From the human T2T-CHM13v2.0 reference genome, Homo sapiens: a stretch of DNA of 64,000 nt. The notes under the pieces are model-generated. The model searched no databases and was not told where the DNA came from. It saw only the letters and a program-made list of their open reading frames with translations. This document shows positions 13,840 to 26,695 of this stretch, piece by piece. The stretch lies in assembly GCF_009914755.1 (NCBI RefSeq), contig NC_060929.1; one strand, given 5' to 3'. Position 1 is the stretch's first letter; every line of letters starts with the position of its first letter. The translations under genes and the position numbers were made by a program.

Positions 13840-14370
13840 TGCTGGCAGAGATTCATTCATCCATTTAGCAATTATTTGTTGAGCTCCTACTGTGTGACAG
13901 GTACTGAAGAAATTATGGTGGGCACCAACAGTTAGGGTCCCTTTTCTCAGGGAACGTTGAAGTCTAGTGAGGGACACAGATGATTAATGGGATAACTTTG
14001 AAGTCTAGTGAGGGACACAGATGATTAATGGGATAATCACACAAGTGAATATAACGTCCTGTATGATAAATGTCGCAAAAAGGAGTAGGTGGTGCTGGAA
14101 AGTGTGTTAGGGTATCAGGAAAAACTTCTCTAAGGAAAGAACAGCTAGGCTGGAATCTGAAAGAAGAGCGGGAATTGACCAGACAAAAGGAGAGAAGAGT
14201 CCCCTGTTAAACAGAATGGCACATGCAAAGTCCTGCGTGGAGGGGCCCGGACTGAGGCAGGCCATGTGACTGGAACATGGGGAGGGGCAGCAGGAGAGGG
14301 GCAAGATGAGGCCAGAGAGGTCAGCAAGGACAGACCAGGCATGACTTTGTAGGACACAGCAGAATCTGAC
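13840..14370. mobile_element. L2 fragment
   Basis: cattcatccattt...tttgttgagctcctactgtgtgacagg...aacagaatggcacatgcaaagtcctg; typical L2 3' region. Confidence 0.65.
13957..14036 (+). repeat. Perfect 39-bp tandem duplication with 2-bp spacer
   Basis: ttgaagtctagtgagggacacagatgattaatgggataa occurs twice. Confidence 0.97.
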
Positions 14371-14784
<414 letters not shown>

Positions 14785-16079
14785 TGATTTGTTCTACTTT
14801 TGAAAGTGTTCATGCTTATAAAGATTTCTTCCTTTCAACTGCAGGAAGGCTAAGAACATCTCTGCCCTCTAGGGCATTTTGCCAGACCTGCTGTCAGGGA
14901 ACTGTTGATAGTAAACAGAACAATGATTTGGAAGAAGCTGAGAAGTTAATGCCTTAGGTGAGAGATCTCTTCCCACTCCTGAAGAGGGAGGGACAGGGAG
15001 GGACAGGGTAGGCCCAGGTAGAGAGCCAGCTTCAGCCTGTTTTCCAGGAGAAGAGCATCCTCCTCCTAGAACTACTTCACACCCTGAGGTCAAAGGTTAA
15101 CAGGAAAGGTTGACAACAAATGTTACCCGGCAAATAGGCACTTATATCTCACCCACCCCTCTGTCTGCTCCAGGACTCCCAGCGTCATCCTCCTCCTGGT
15201 TCCCTTTTGTCTTAAGAATAAAAGGACTGCCCGCTCGCATTCTTCCTTTCCTCCAATCTCACCAGATTCCATCCTTCTCCGACAAGAGTAAATTGTTGGA
15301 GACGGAAAACAGGATGTTGGGTTCAGTGGGGAATATGTCAGCCTTCTCTACAATAGGATTGTTGTTCCTCCCCCAAGAGGAAGATGAGGCTTTAAGAAGT
15401 GTCTGCAGCAATGGGACCCAGCTCTCACACTGCAGCACCAAGGAAAGCCAGGCAGGTGGTGTCAATGAGGGACGCAGGCTGGGAGTAACACAACAGGGGA
15501 TGGCAGGACCTGCAGGGATCAGAGCTTCTGTGCCAGGTCTACAAAGGGAGCAGCTGTTGGCTCCGGGCCACTGTGGCCCAGCGGGACTGTGAAGACAATG
15601 TGGCCCGATCCTTCCATTTTTAAAAAACAACCAGAAATCTGGAATGTTTTGTGGAATTTTCTAATTTTATGTGTTGGCTGCAACTTAAAAAATAATTGTT
15701 TAAAGCTTAAGCAAATCAAACAAAACACCTCTAAGAGCAATGTCTGACTCACTGCTGCCAGCTGCCAACATCTGGATTTCTCCCAACCATCCACCATCCT
15801 TGTCCCAGAAGGCTTTGGGCAGGTGCTCCTGAGATGGTTGACAACATAAGTGGATTCACATTGCCAGCACTCTGGGCGGGGTTGAGATCAGTCTGGAACT
15901 AGGGTTAAGGGATTCAACCTGTGGCTCATGACTCAGGAGAGAGTCAGGTTGGGACCACTTGGAGGTCTAACTAGTCTCAGGTTGACCAATGGGCAACCTG
16001 CTTAGTTTCCTTGGGCCCCAAGGAAAGAAACATGAAGACAGATCCTTTTCATTTTCACATAGAGATGGACTTTGTAGAA

Positions 16080-16272
16080 CAGCATTGTCAAATGTTAGTA
16101 CACATTTGAAACACATCAGAATCACCTGCATGTCTTGTGAAAACACGGATTGCTGGGCCTCACCCTCGAAATTTTGATTCAGTGGATTTAGGGTGGGGCC
16201 GGAGAATTTGAATTTCCAAGTTCACAGTAATGCTGATGGTGCCGATTTGGGCCCACAATTTGAGAACCACCA
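16080..16272. mobile_element. MER5A
   Basis: catcagaatcacctg...attgctgggcctcaccc...gattcagtgg...tttgagaaccac. Confidence 0.75.
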
Positions 16273-16312
16273 TTGTAGAGATCCCTGTTCACCCAGCTTT
16301 TTGGATCCTTAC

Positions 16313-16627
16313 CTGTAACAGGGTGAATCATAAAGAATCCCATGTGGTTCCCACTGGTGATGTTGAAGGTCAGCTTCCCTTTGGAGCTGGAGTCTAGGTC
16401 CCAGGCATCCAGTTGAAGCACAGAGGTGCCCACGGGAGCATCCTCCTGGATGGAGGGGTAGAACACAGCTTGGGACATCTGGGGTGGGTTGTCATTGGCA
16501 TCCGTAACCTCAATGTAGACTTCAGTTACAGAAGAGAGGGGCACAGAACCCCTGTCCACTGCTAATACCGTCAACCAGTAGTAAGATGCAAATTCTCGGT
16601 CCAGGGGTGCCAGAGTCTGAATCATTC
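16313..16627 (-). CDS. FAT2: FAT2 coding exon (315 nt, phase 1-1) [13 protein letters not shown]...IHPVT
   Basis: Acceptor tgtccctag|GA, donor ACAG|GTAAGG; LDRE and DANDNPP motifs. Confidence 0.97.
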
Positions 16628-17768
16628 CTAGGGACAGTAAGTCAGCAAACCCAAAATACTTTAGAGCTCAAAGTGGCTTTAGAAATCACCCTTACCCACC
16701 ATTCCCCAAACCGCACTGTGGAAAGGGTATTAATAAGTAGATTTTCTATGAAAAGAAGGAACTGCTTCTACCAGTATAATGTGGGAGATGCTGAGTTGAA
16801 CACAGGGGAATTAATATCCTTATTCTAGAACCTCTCAGAGCCTTCCTCTGCTAAAATGGACGCATGCCTTTAGCATGTGAGCATATTTAGGGTTTTCAGA
16901 AGACAGTGGTAGTTTATCTACTTTCTCTTGGCTACTTAAACCCAAATTCCATTGATCTATTTCACATTCTGTAAGTGAGGTTTTCTTATAGTTGTCCTTA
17001 AACTGTTTCCTTCACACTTTATGTCCTGGTAGATAATCAATTTCAGGGTTAGGAATTTGAAGAATAAATTGCCATTCCCTTCTCCATCATTTTCATGATT
17101 TTAAGGGGCTGAGCTTCATTTTTTAGTTCATTCCCTCCACAAATTGCTTACGATGGGCTAGCACTGTTCTAGAAGTTGAGGGTCCAAGAATGAGTAAAAG
17201 AAGCTTACACCTCAAGCTCTCATGGATCATGCTGTACTGGCAGGGCCTGTGTGAGAGGGCGTGGCCCATGCTCACAGCCATAGCATAACAGAGACGACCG
17301 CTGGGGAAACTGAGGCTCAGAGAGGGAGCATGACTTGACTAAGATCATGTAGCAAGTATGTGGAAGAACTGGGTCTGGGATTGACTCTTAATCTAATGCT
17401 CTTTCTAATTAAACAGCTTAATTAAATTAGGCTGTTTTCTTTCAGTGGCTGGCATTAAGAGACAAAGGTTGCTGAAAGCCAACATTGAGAACAAGTTATT
17501 ACAACTTGGTTTTGGTGGAAATAAATCACCTACCAAATTGCAAACTCCTTGAAGGCAGTGATCTGCCTTTATTCACGTGGGATCTCCCCCAGGTACCTAT
17601 CTTAGGGCCTTACCAGTAGTGGGCACTCGAACAGTGCTGACTTACACTTACTTTCCTTGAAACTTAAAAAAAGGAATGTGGTTGTGTCACCTTTTTGGAG
17701 AGTAATTTGGAAATACTTATTAACACAGAAGATGCACATTATCCTCTGACCTAGAAACTTCATTTTTA

Positions 17769-18224
<456 letters not shown>

Positions 18225-18660
18225 TTAGAATAGTGTCTATTATACTGTATTTTCATAATAATAAAATGAACAATATATGATATATAAGATACAAAGAAAG
18301 AAACTTTAGAAGATTATAGACCAAATTGTTAATAAAGATTATATCTGGGGTGATGGAACATGGGGGAGCATTCGTTTTTAAATTTTATATAAAAAATTTA
18401 TAATCAGATGTATTACTTTTATAAACAGAATATGTAATATATGTGAATATATGTGTATGTGTATATGCACATATATAGACATATATTCCCAGTAAAAAAA
18501 AATTAAAAATAAAATACACAGGAAAAAGAATCCCTATTTATTGCCTTTCATTTCAGCCTGCAGGCTGACTCCTTTTTCCTTCAGCCCGCAGGCTGACTTC
18601 TTTTTCCTTCAGCCCATCTACCTCTGGCCCTGGCACCCCACCCTACCCCACCCCCAGTAC

Positions 18661-21600
18661 CTGTATCTTGGTTGATGCTGAAGGCTGCGAGTCCAGTGCC
18701 AGCACGCAGGAAGTACTGGAGCTCCCCATCCAAGCCACTGTCATCGTCCTGGGCAGCCACTACAATCACCTGAGTTCCCGAGGGGCTGTTCTCCTGCACC
18801 TGGCCCTGGTGCACGAAGGAGGCAAAGTGGGGAGGGTGGAGATTCTCATTCACATCCAGGACGATCACCTCCACATGGCAGAGAGTCCTGCGGGCTAGGG
18901 GCCTCCCACTATCACTGGCCCACAGGCTCAGATTGTACCCAGCTCGCCTCTCAAAGTCCAGCTCTCTCTCCAGAATGAGCGCCCCTGTCATCAGGTCCAC
19001 CCGGAAGGTCCCATGGGCGCCATCCATCAGAACATATCGCACTTCACCTGCGGGGCCCAGGTCAGGATCAGAGGCATCCAGAAATGTCAAGACAGTCCCG
19101 GGGGGCAGGTCCTCTGGAACCTTCAACCTGTTGTGTTCTGTGATGCACTGGGGAGAGTTGTCGTTGACATCCTCCAATGTGATTATCAGGTCAGTGACAG
19201 AGAAGAGCTGGTGGCCTTTGCTGGGCTGATCCCTGGCCTCCACCTTGAGTATGTACCGAGGCTCTGATTCGCGGTCCAGGTGTCCTGTGACAACCAGTTC
19301 CCCAGTGAGAGGGTGGAGGGAGAACTTCTCTGTGGGACTTAGCAGGGTGTAGCGAACTCTGCCATTGTCTTCCGAGTCAGCATCTTTGGTTGTCAGCTCT
19401 GCAATTGTGGTTCCAACTTCTGTGTCCTCCGAGATGGTTAACTGGTACCCACCGGGAGGAAATCTGGGTGCGTTGTCATTCCAGTCTTTCACATTCACTG
19501 TCAGCAGCTTCCAGGAGGACTTCTGGGGTGTGCCCAGGTCATATACTGTTACATTGAGAATGTAGAAATTGGTGGCTTCATAGTCCAAGGGAGCAGCTAC
19601 AGTGAGCAGCCCTGTCTCCAGCTCTATGTCAAAGCAGCCCTCCTCATTGCCATCTGCAATCACATAGACCAGTTTGCCATTAAAACCAGCATCAGGGTCA
19701 GTGGCTGCTAGGCGGGCCAAGGGGGTGTTGATAGGGACACTCTCAAGGACATCAATGGATTGGGGGAAGTGGTCCTCAAACTGTGGGGTGTAATGATTAA
19801 TCTGATATGTGCTTAAAGAAGTGAATTCCTCATCACTGGACTCCTGGTTCTGAAGCCCAATAGAGTGGAGGATAGTCTTTGTGAATTGTGTCAATACCCC
19901 TGTTTTATCACATGTTACAGGAACTTCAAAATGAGGGTCCTTCACCACAGTAATATTCAAAGTTGTGGGTGAGGCATAGTTTTTGCCATCTGAGGCTGTA
20001 ATCTTCAGGGAATAACTGGTGGGTTGACCAGCAGTAAGATTGATAAAAGGGCGTTTGAGGGATATCACTCCGGAGAAATGATTTAGATCAAAATACTCTA
20101 GTTCATTGCCTGATACAATCTCGTATTTTAGGTTCTGAAGCTCATCCACATCTATGGCTGACATAGTCATTATCGATTTCCCTACTGGCCAGTCTTGGCA
20201 GATAGACCCTGTACAGTTGACTTCTTCAAACATAGGCTGGTTGTCATTCAAGTTCCTGAGCTGAAGAAAAATGGACACTTCCTTCTCCCGGCGAAAAGGG
20301 GATCCCCAGTCTGATGCTCTTACCCGGAAGGTATAAATTCTTTTCATGAGTTCATAGTCCATGGGTTTGGAGGTGGAGATGATCCCCAGGTAAGGGTCAA
20401 TAGAAAATGGCAAAGCTTTTGGTCCAGCAATGGAATAGGTGACATATCCATTTTCCCCATGATCCCGGTCAGTGGCAGTCACAGCCAAAACACTGGTGCC
20501 TGGAGGGATGTTCTCATCCAAGGTACCATCATAGGAAGACCTGTTGAAGAGGGGGGCATGGTTGTTGCAGTCCACAATGTCAATGACCACCACGGTGGAG
20601 GCCTGGCCCGGTGAGGTTCTGATGTGTAGCTGATAGTGGGCTCTGTCGTGGAAGTCCATGAGCTTTGTGGTGGTGATCAACCCAGTTCGAGCATTAAGTT
20701 TAAATCCTACATTCTCTGAAGATGGCTTTAGAACATACTGCAGGTTGGGGAAGGCTGGGGTGACTCTCACCATCACCACGCGGCTGCCAGGAGGGGAAAA
20801 CTCACTAAGCTGCACTCTGTAAACAGCCTTCTCGAATTTGAGGGAAGACAGTTTGGAAGGTGGTAGGTGAAAGCCCCTGATCTGGGAATAAAAATAAGGG
20901 CCGCTCCCACTCCTGGCCTGGAGGCTGAGGTTGAACCCATGAAGGTACTCCATCCAGTTGATGTCTTTGACAGACACCAAACTGAACTCATTGCTCCGGG
21001 CATAAGACTTGATGGCTTTGAAGTGCTTTCCAGGGTCACCACCAACAACTTCCACTGACTCCACTTCAGCTCCTGAGCTATTTGCATCGACCAGTACAGT
21101 GGCATAGGTGGTACCATCATTGCTGTCTGGTGGAGTCACCACCACTGAAGCAATGGCTGGGGGCTTCCTGAGGGCAGGCTCCACATGAACCACAAGTGCA
21201 GCCAGGCTGCCAAACCCATTGCCCTCAGAGATTTTCCGCATGCGGTCCACAGCTAGCACCTGGAGCTCATGCTTTCCTCGCCAGGTGACGTTAAGCTTCC
21301 CAGCCACAGTGACCACACCGCTGGTGGGATGGATGGCAAACATCTCTGACCTTGTGTTAAAGGCATAATAGAACTCAGCATTCTGGCCTAGATCAGCATC
21401 TGTGGCAGTCACCTTGCAGATGGGGCTCTTCAGGGGCATGTCCTCAGAGATGGTGACTCTGTACGAAGGTGGAGAGAAGAGAGGCTTCAGGTCATTCTGG
21501 TCCAGGATGTGGACCACCACACGGGTCAAAGCTTCCAACTCCAAGGTCTTCTCTGTGGCTTGGATGATGAGGGTGTAGCTGTCTCGCACCTCTCTGTTCA

Positions 21601-21919
21601 GAAGAGCTGTGTTGCTGCTCTTTGTCCTTATTCTTAGGAAGCAGAAGTTGCCCACCACATACTCCTCAGTTTTAAATACATTGGCCACATCCCCAGAGAT
21701 GATCCGGTACCTCACTGCCCACTGTGGCTCCGCGAGGTAGATGCCCATTTTCTCGAAGCTCTCCACATAGGTCTTGGGAGAAGAATTTTCATAGATGGTG
21801 GCATTGTAATGGGAGTGTGTGAAGTGCCAAGCAGAGGAGGAGAGAATCCCTTCTAGAGGCTTCTCACAGGTCGCACAATGGAGCAAGAATATGGCAAAAC
21901 CCAGCAGGGCAATAGTCAT
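18661..21919 (-). CDS. FAT2: FAT2 first coding exon (exon spans 18661-21939 with 20 nt of 5'UTR); codons 1-1086 plus 1 nt; signal peptide and about 9-10 cadherin repeats
   Basis: 1112-aa ORF in the track. Kozak TCCACCATG at 21919, acceptor ttttctgcccag|GG at 21940/21939 with CTAAC branch point near 21970, donor ACAG|GTACTG at 18661/18660. 3259 coding nt, phase 1. Confidence 0.98.
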
Positions 21920-21996
21920 GGTGGAAAACTCCCGAAACCCTGGGCAGAAAATAAAAGACAGGGCGCAAGTTAGGGGGAAAAAATGGTTTCTACTGC

Positions 21997-22580
21997 TGTG
22001 ATTCTTAACTGGAGGTGATTTTGACCCTCAAGGGACACTTGGCAATGTCTGAAGATACTTTTGGCTGACCCAGCTTGGGGGTGGTGGTGCTAATGGCATC
22101 TGGCAGGTAGAGGCTGGGGATACTGCTAAACAACCTACAATGCATAGGACAGTGCCTTTGTGTGAGTCAGTTCTCACACTGAGAATAAAGACATACCTGA
22201 GACTGGGTAATTTATAAAGGAATGAGGTTTAATGGACTCACCGTTCCACATGACTGGGGAGGCCCCATAATCATGGCAGAAGGCAAAGGAAAAGCAAAGT
22301 CATATCTTACTTGGCAGCAGGCAAGAGCGCGTAGGCAGGGGAACTCCCCTTTGTAAAACCATCAGATCTCATGAGACTTATTCACTATCACGAGAACAGC
22401 ATGGGAAAAACACACCCCTATGATTCAATTACCTCCCACTGGATCCCTCCCATGATACTGGGGGATTATGGGAGCCACAATTCAAGATGAGATTTGGGTG
22501 GGAACACAGCCAAACCATATCAGCCCTGCAACAGAATTATCCAGCCCCAATGTCAATAGTGCCATGGTTGAGAAACCCCG
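21997..22580. mobile_element. MER20 hAT-Charlie DNA transposon interrupted by THE1B
   Basis: ggtgattttg...cacttggcaatgtctgaaga...ctaatggcatctggcaggtagaggc...tgcataggacag resumes after the LTR as ...gaattatccagccccaatgtcaatagtgcc...gttgagaaaccc. Confidence 0.8.
22159..22522 (-). mobile_element. THE1B (ERVL-MaLR) solo LTR
   Basis: Minus strand starts TGATATGGTTTGGCTGTG and follows the THE1B consensus throughout; 5-bp TSD gcctt/gccct; inserted into MER20. Confidence 0.9.
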
Positions 22581-25500
22581 TGGCTGAAGAATAGCAGACT
22601 AGTTCAAAATGCTCTCTCAAAGACACTCAGCAGCTAGAACACAGTCCTGAACTCTTTACTCTTTTTTCCCAAAAACTTTCTGTGACTCCTTGGGCGATGG
22701 TGAGATAGTCCCAACTCTTAGCCAGGAACCAAGTTTAGCTATCTGGTTCTAAACTACTATTCTCTCTCCTTCCTACAAGGCCTTTCCACTGGGGCTGAGC
22801 TCTAGCCAAACTGAGCTGTTTCCGCACATGCAGAGGCTGCAGGAAAGCAAAGTGACCAAGATCCCAGGCGTGGCATCAGGCTGCCTGGCTGTCAGCCCTG
22901 CCTCTGTCATTTGCTAGGTAGGTGACTTTTAGAGCAAGTTATTTAACCTCATGAGCCTTCATTTCACCTTCTGTAGAATAAGGATAAGAAAATCATCAAT
23001 CTCTTAGGATTGTTGTGAAAATTCAGTGAAATAATAAAGGTAAATGACTTATCAGAGTGCCTAGTTTATTGTCAGTTCTAATTTAATGTCAGCCATTATT
23101 GATAATAGGAAACTAAGGTTCATAAAAGGAAGGGAGCTGCCCAGGGCCTTATAGCTAGTGGGAGCTCCTTGCACAGACCAGGGTTGCCTCCTTGCCCCAG
23201 TCCTATTTATACCTGTTTCACCACATGTCCCTTATAGACAGGGCATGACTCTGACTCATCATGTAACCTGGAACATGAAAACTCCCAGGCTCCTGGAATG
23301 TCTGAGTTGAAATGGACATTAGAGATGATGGGCTTCTGTCCCTGCTTTTCATCATAGATGAGTATAGATGGGGAAATAGAGCCCCAGAGTCGAGATCAGT
23401 CAAGCTCCAAGTCACACAGTGTGTGGCCGGGTAAGAACTAGTCCCTGGGAGTTAGTTCTTGTTGAACTGATCATGAATAAATGCTTCGCCTCTCTTAGAC
23501 CCTTGCTGTTTCCCACAGAGCCCATCCCCGAACTCCAGCCTGGGTGAAAATGTGAGACTCACCAGGGCCAAGGATGGGGCAAGGGGCAGGAGGAGCGGGG
23601 CAGGGTTTGGCAGGGCCATGTGTAGGTCTGGTGCACCAGGCTGATGCCTGGCTTGCCCCTGGGAGCCTTGATTCCTAGGAGCTTCATGGCTGCCAGCCAG
23701 ATGCGCTGGAGCATTCTTGGATGAAACTGGCCAGACCTGATTTTCCAGTTGCCTTGCTCTTCAAAGCCAAGGAAGAGTTAAACTTCCAAGGCAAAGGGGG
23801 AAGGAGAGGCTTGGAGCCCCGTCTTGCCAGAGTCCTGTGTGAACTGGGCACAGGGTTCCCCAAGATCATGCTGACAGCATTCAGAGATAAGAGGCAGGAA
23901 TAGAAAAGTCTGCCTAAATCGGGGTCTGAAGGCCTGTGACAGAAAATAATTTCAATATATCCCACCCTTCGAGCTTCCCTACCACCCGCCTCCCAACTCC
24001 TGAGATTCTGTTGGTGGTGCCCTAAGCTTAGGCACCTCAGAAAAGAGAGGGCAGGAAGGTGGCAGATTCTTCATTCGAGGTCTGAAAGTTAGTGGCAGAA
24101 AGAGCTGCTGTACGTTTCCCGCCCTGCCTGCCCACTACTGTCCTTCCATGCTTAGAGCTGCAGCCCATAGTGGGGCCAGCCCCAGGCAAAAGCCACACTC
24201 ACCCTACCCCTGACCCAGCCCCCACAAGCAGAAGGGGACGCCTGAGTCATTCAGCCCCCAACCCATGCAGGATGGCATTGATTTTGAAGTTGAAACCGCA
24301 AGGGAAAGTGAGTCCTCACCCCAGTCCCAGGTCCACTGGCTCCACAGCTCTGTGAGCCCAGGGTGCACGCAGCCTCCCAGCCCTGCCTGCCCTGCTGTGT
24401 GGAGAGCTTCCTGTTCACCAGGTCAGCACCCGTGTTGGGCAGGCCCCAGCAAGATACTCTGCTCGATGGCTGCACCGGTGCCTTGCAATGCAGGCGCCGT
24501 TAAGATGAGCTGTAGGGAAGGGGAAGGGGAGGGATCTCCCTGGAGGAGGATAAAATGCAGAGAGAATGCACCCTTGGATGGTGGCTTGGTGCCCATGACC
24601 TGCCCAGGCTGTAGGACCTGCACACCTGGGGAGTAGTTTGCTGAGGGAGGGAACAGTGTCTGCACAGCTGTTTCCTGGCCCCAGGTTTAGATGAGTGAAC
24701 AAGCTTGCAGGGCGCAGAAGCATGTTAGGCTCCTTGTACTACCTTCCTAGTTCACAACACCCAGGGACCACTATTTTAAAACATCTTGTGTAAACATACA
24801 TCAATTCATATGACTTCCCTGCTTAACACTTTCCAGTGGCTTCCCATAGCACTTAGATTAAAATAGAAACTCCTTGCCCTGGCCTAGAAGGCTCTGCACC
24901 TCCTGGGCCCATGCTACTTCTCCAGTTCACAAGCTGCAGCCACACAAAACCCAGACCTGCCTCGGGGCCTTTGCACTTACTGCTTCCCTTAAGATTCTCA
25001 CATGAATAGTTCCTTCTTGTCATTCAGTTTTCAGCTTAAATGTCACCTCCTGAGCTCCTGTTTGGAGTAGACTTCCTGTCAATTCCCCTCTTTATCACTT
25101 TGCCCTATTTTCTTCATGACATATATCACTACCCAATATTTTCTTGTTTATTTGTTTAATGACTGTCTTCATGGACTCCATGAAGAGAGGAGCTCTGTGT
25201 ATCTTATTCACAGATGAATTCCCTAGTGCCTAGAACAGTGCCTGGTATAGAACCAGGCTCAATCAATACTAGTTGAGAAATGGAAGAATCTAGACTTAGG
25301 CAACACAATGACAGAATGAACGCTGAAAGAGCCTTTCATGATCATTCCTTCCTTTTGGAAGCTGGAAAATAAAGTCCCAAAGAAAGAAAGAGACTTGCCC
25401 AAAGTCACAGGGTGAGAATTAGAGCCAGGTTCTTTCCTCCTGACTGTGCTTCTGGAAAGAGCTGTGGTCACTTATGAATCTGACTGTTTGATTTCAAATC

Positions 25501-26362
25501 ACAGCTCTACCACTTGCTACCTGTTCAACCTTAGAAAGTTACTCAATATCCCTGAACCTCAGCTTTTTCATCTGTGAGAGAGGGCTATTAAGAGTACTGC
25601 ATTCATATTCATAGGGTTTTATGGAGACTACATAAGATCATGCACGTTAATGTACTCAGCACAGTGCCTGGTATGTAGACAAAACTCAAGACATATTCGT
25701 TATTAGATTTTAATGCCAAGGCAGAATCAAAGCCTGGGCTGGGTTGAGGGTGGGGTCCGCTGAAGCCTCTGGAGAAGGTCCAGCCTGTGCCCCAACACAG
25801 CAGGAAGCCACTGGTCTCTGGTCGAGTCTAAGCTTGCTGGCCTAGCCACAGACTGTTCCGGGAAGCTGCGAGCAGGCACTTGTCTGGGGTGGGGCCTCAT
25901 GCTCCTTGGCTCCTCAGGCCCAGAAAGAGACCTGCATCTGAGTGAATGTGCACATTTACAAGAGGGCACACATGCATACTCAGTAGTCAATTTTTTGAAT
26001 AATTGTGTGGGTACATTAGTTCTGTGTCTACCTGGCCATGAATGGACCCTTTTAGGATATATGTATGAACCAACTCTGCCTCCATGTAACTCCCAGCCCC
26101 ATTTCAAAGATGTGGAAGGCAGGAGAAGGTGGCTAACAACACACAGGCTCTGGCTGTGTGACCTTGGGCAAATGGCTTGCCTTCTCTGATCCTTAGTTTC
26201 CCTACTTCTGCAGGTCGTTTCGAGAATGAAAGTTAGTTAATGCACATAAGTGCCGAGCACAATACGTGATATAGTTTTCAACAAATATTACCTAGTAATA
26301 CAACTGTTTAGCACCTGGCTTATACTATTAACTGTTGAGTTTGTGGATAATAAAAACTTTCA

Positions 26363-26695
<333 letters not shown>

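Noticed and set aside
17411-17437. 13-bp hairpin as a possible pre-miRNA
   Set aside because: Stem too short and AT-rich for a Drosha substrate.
18668-21120. Antisense and alternate-frame ORFs over the giant exon (also 3163-3708, 3537-4001, 7190-7677)
   Set aside because: Shadow ORFs expected opposite GC-rich coding sequence; no recognisable domains.
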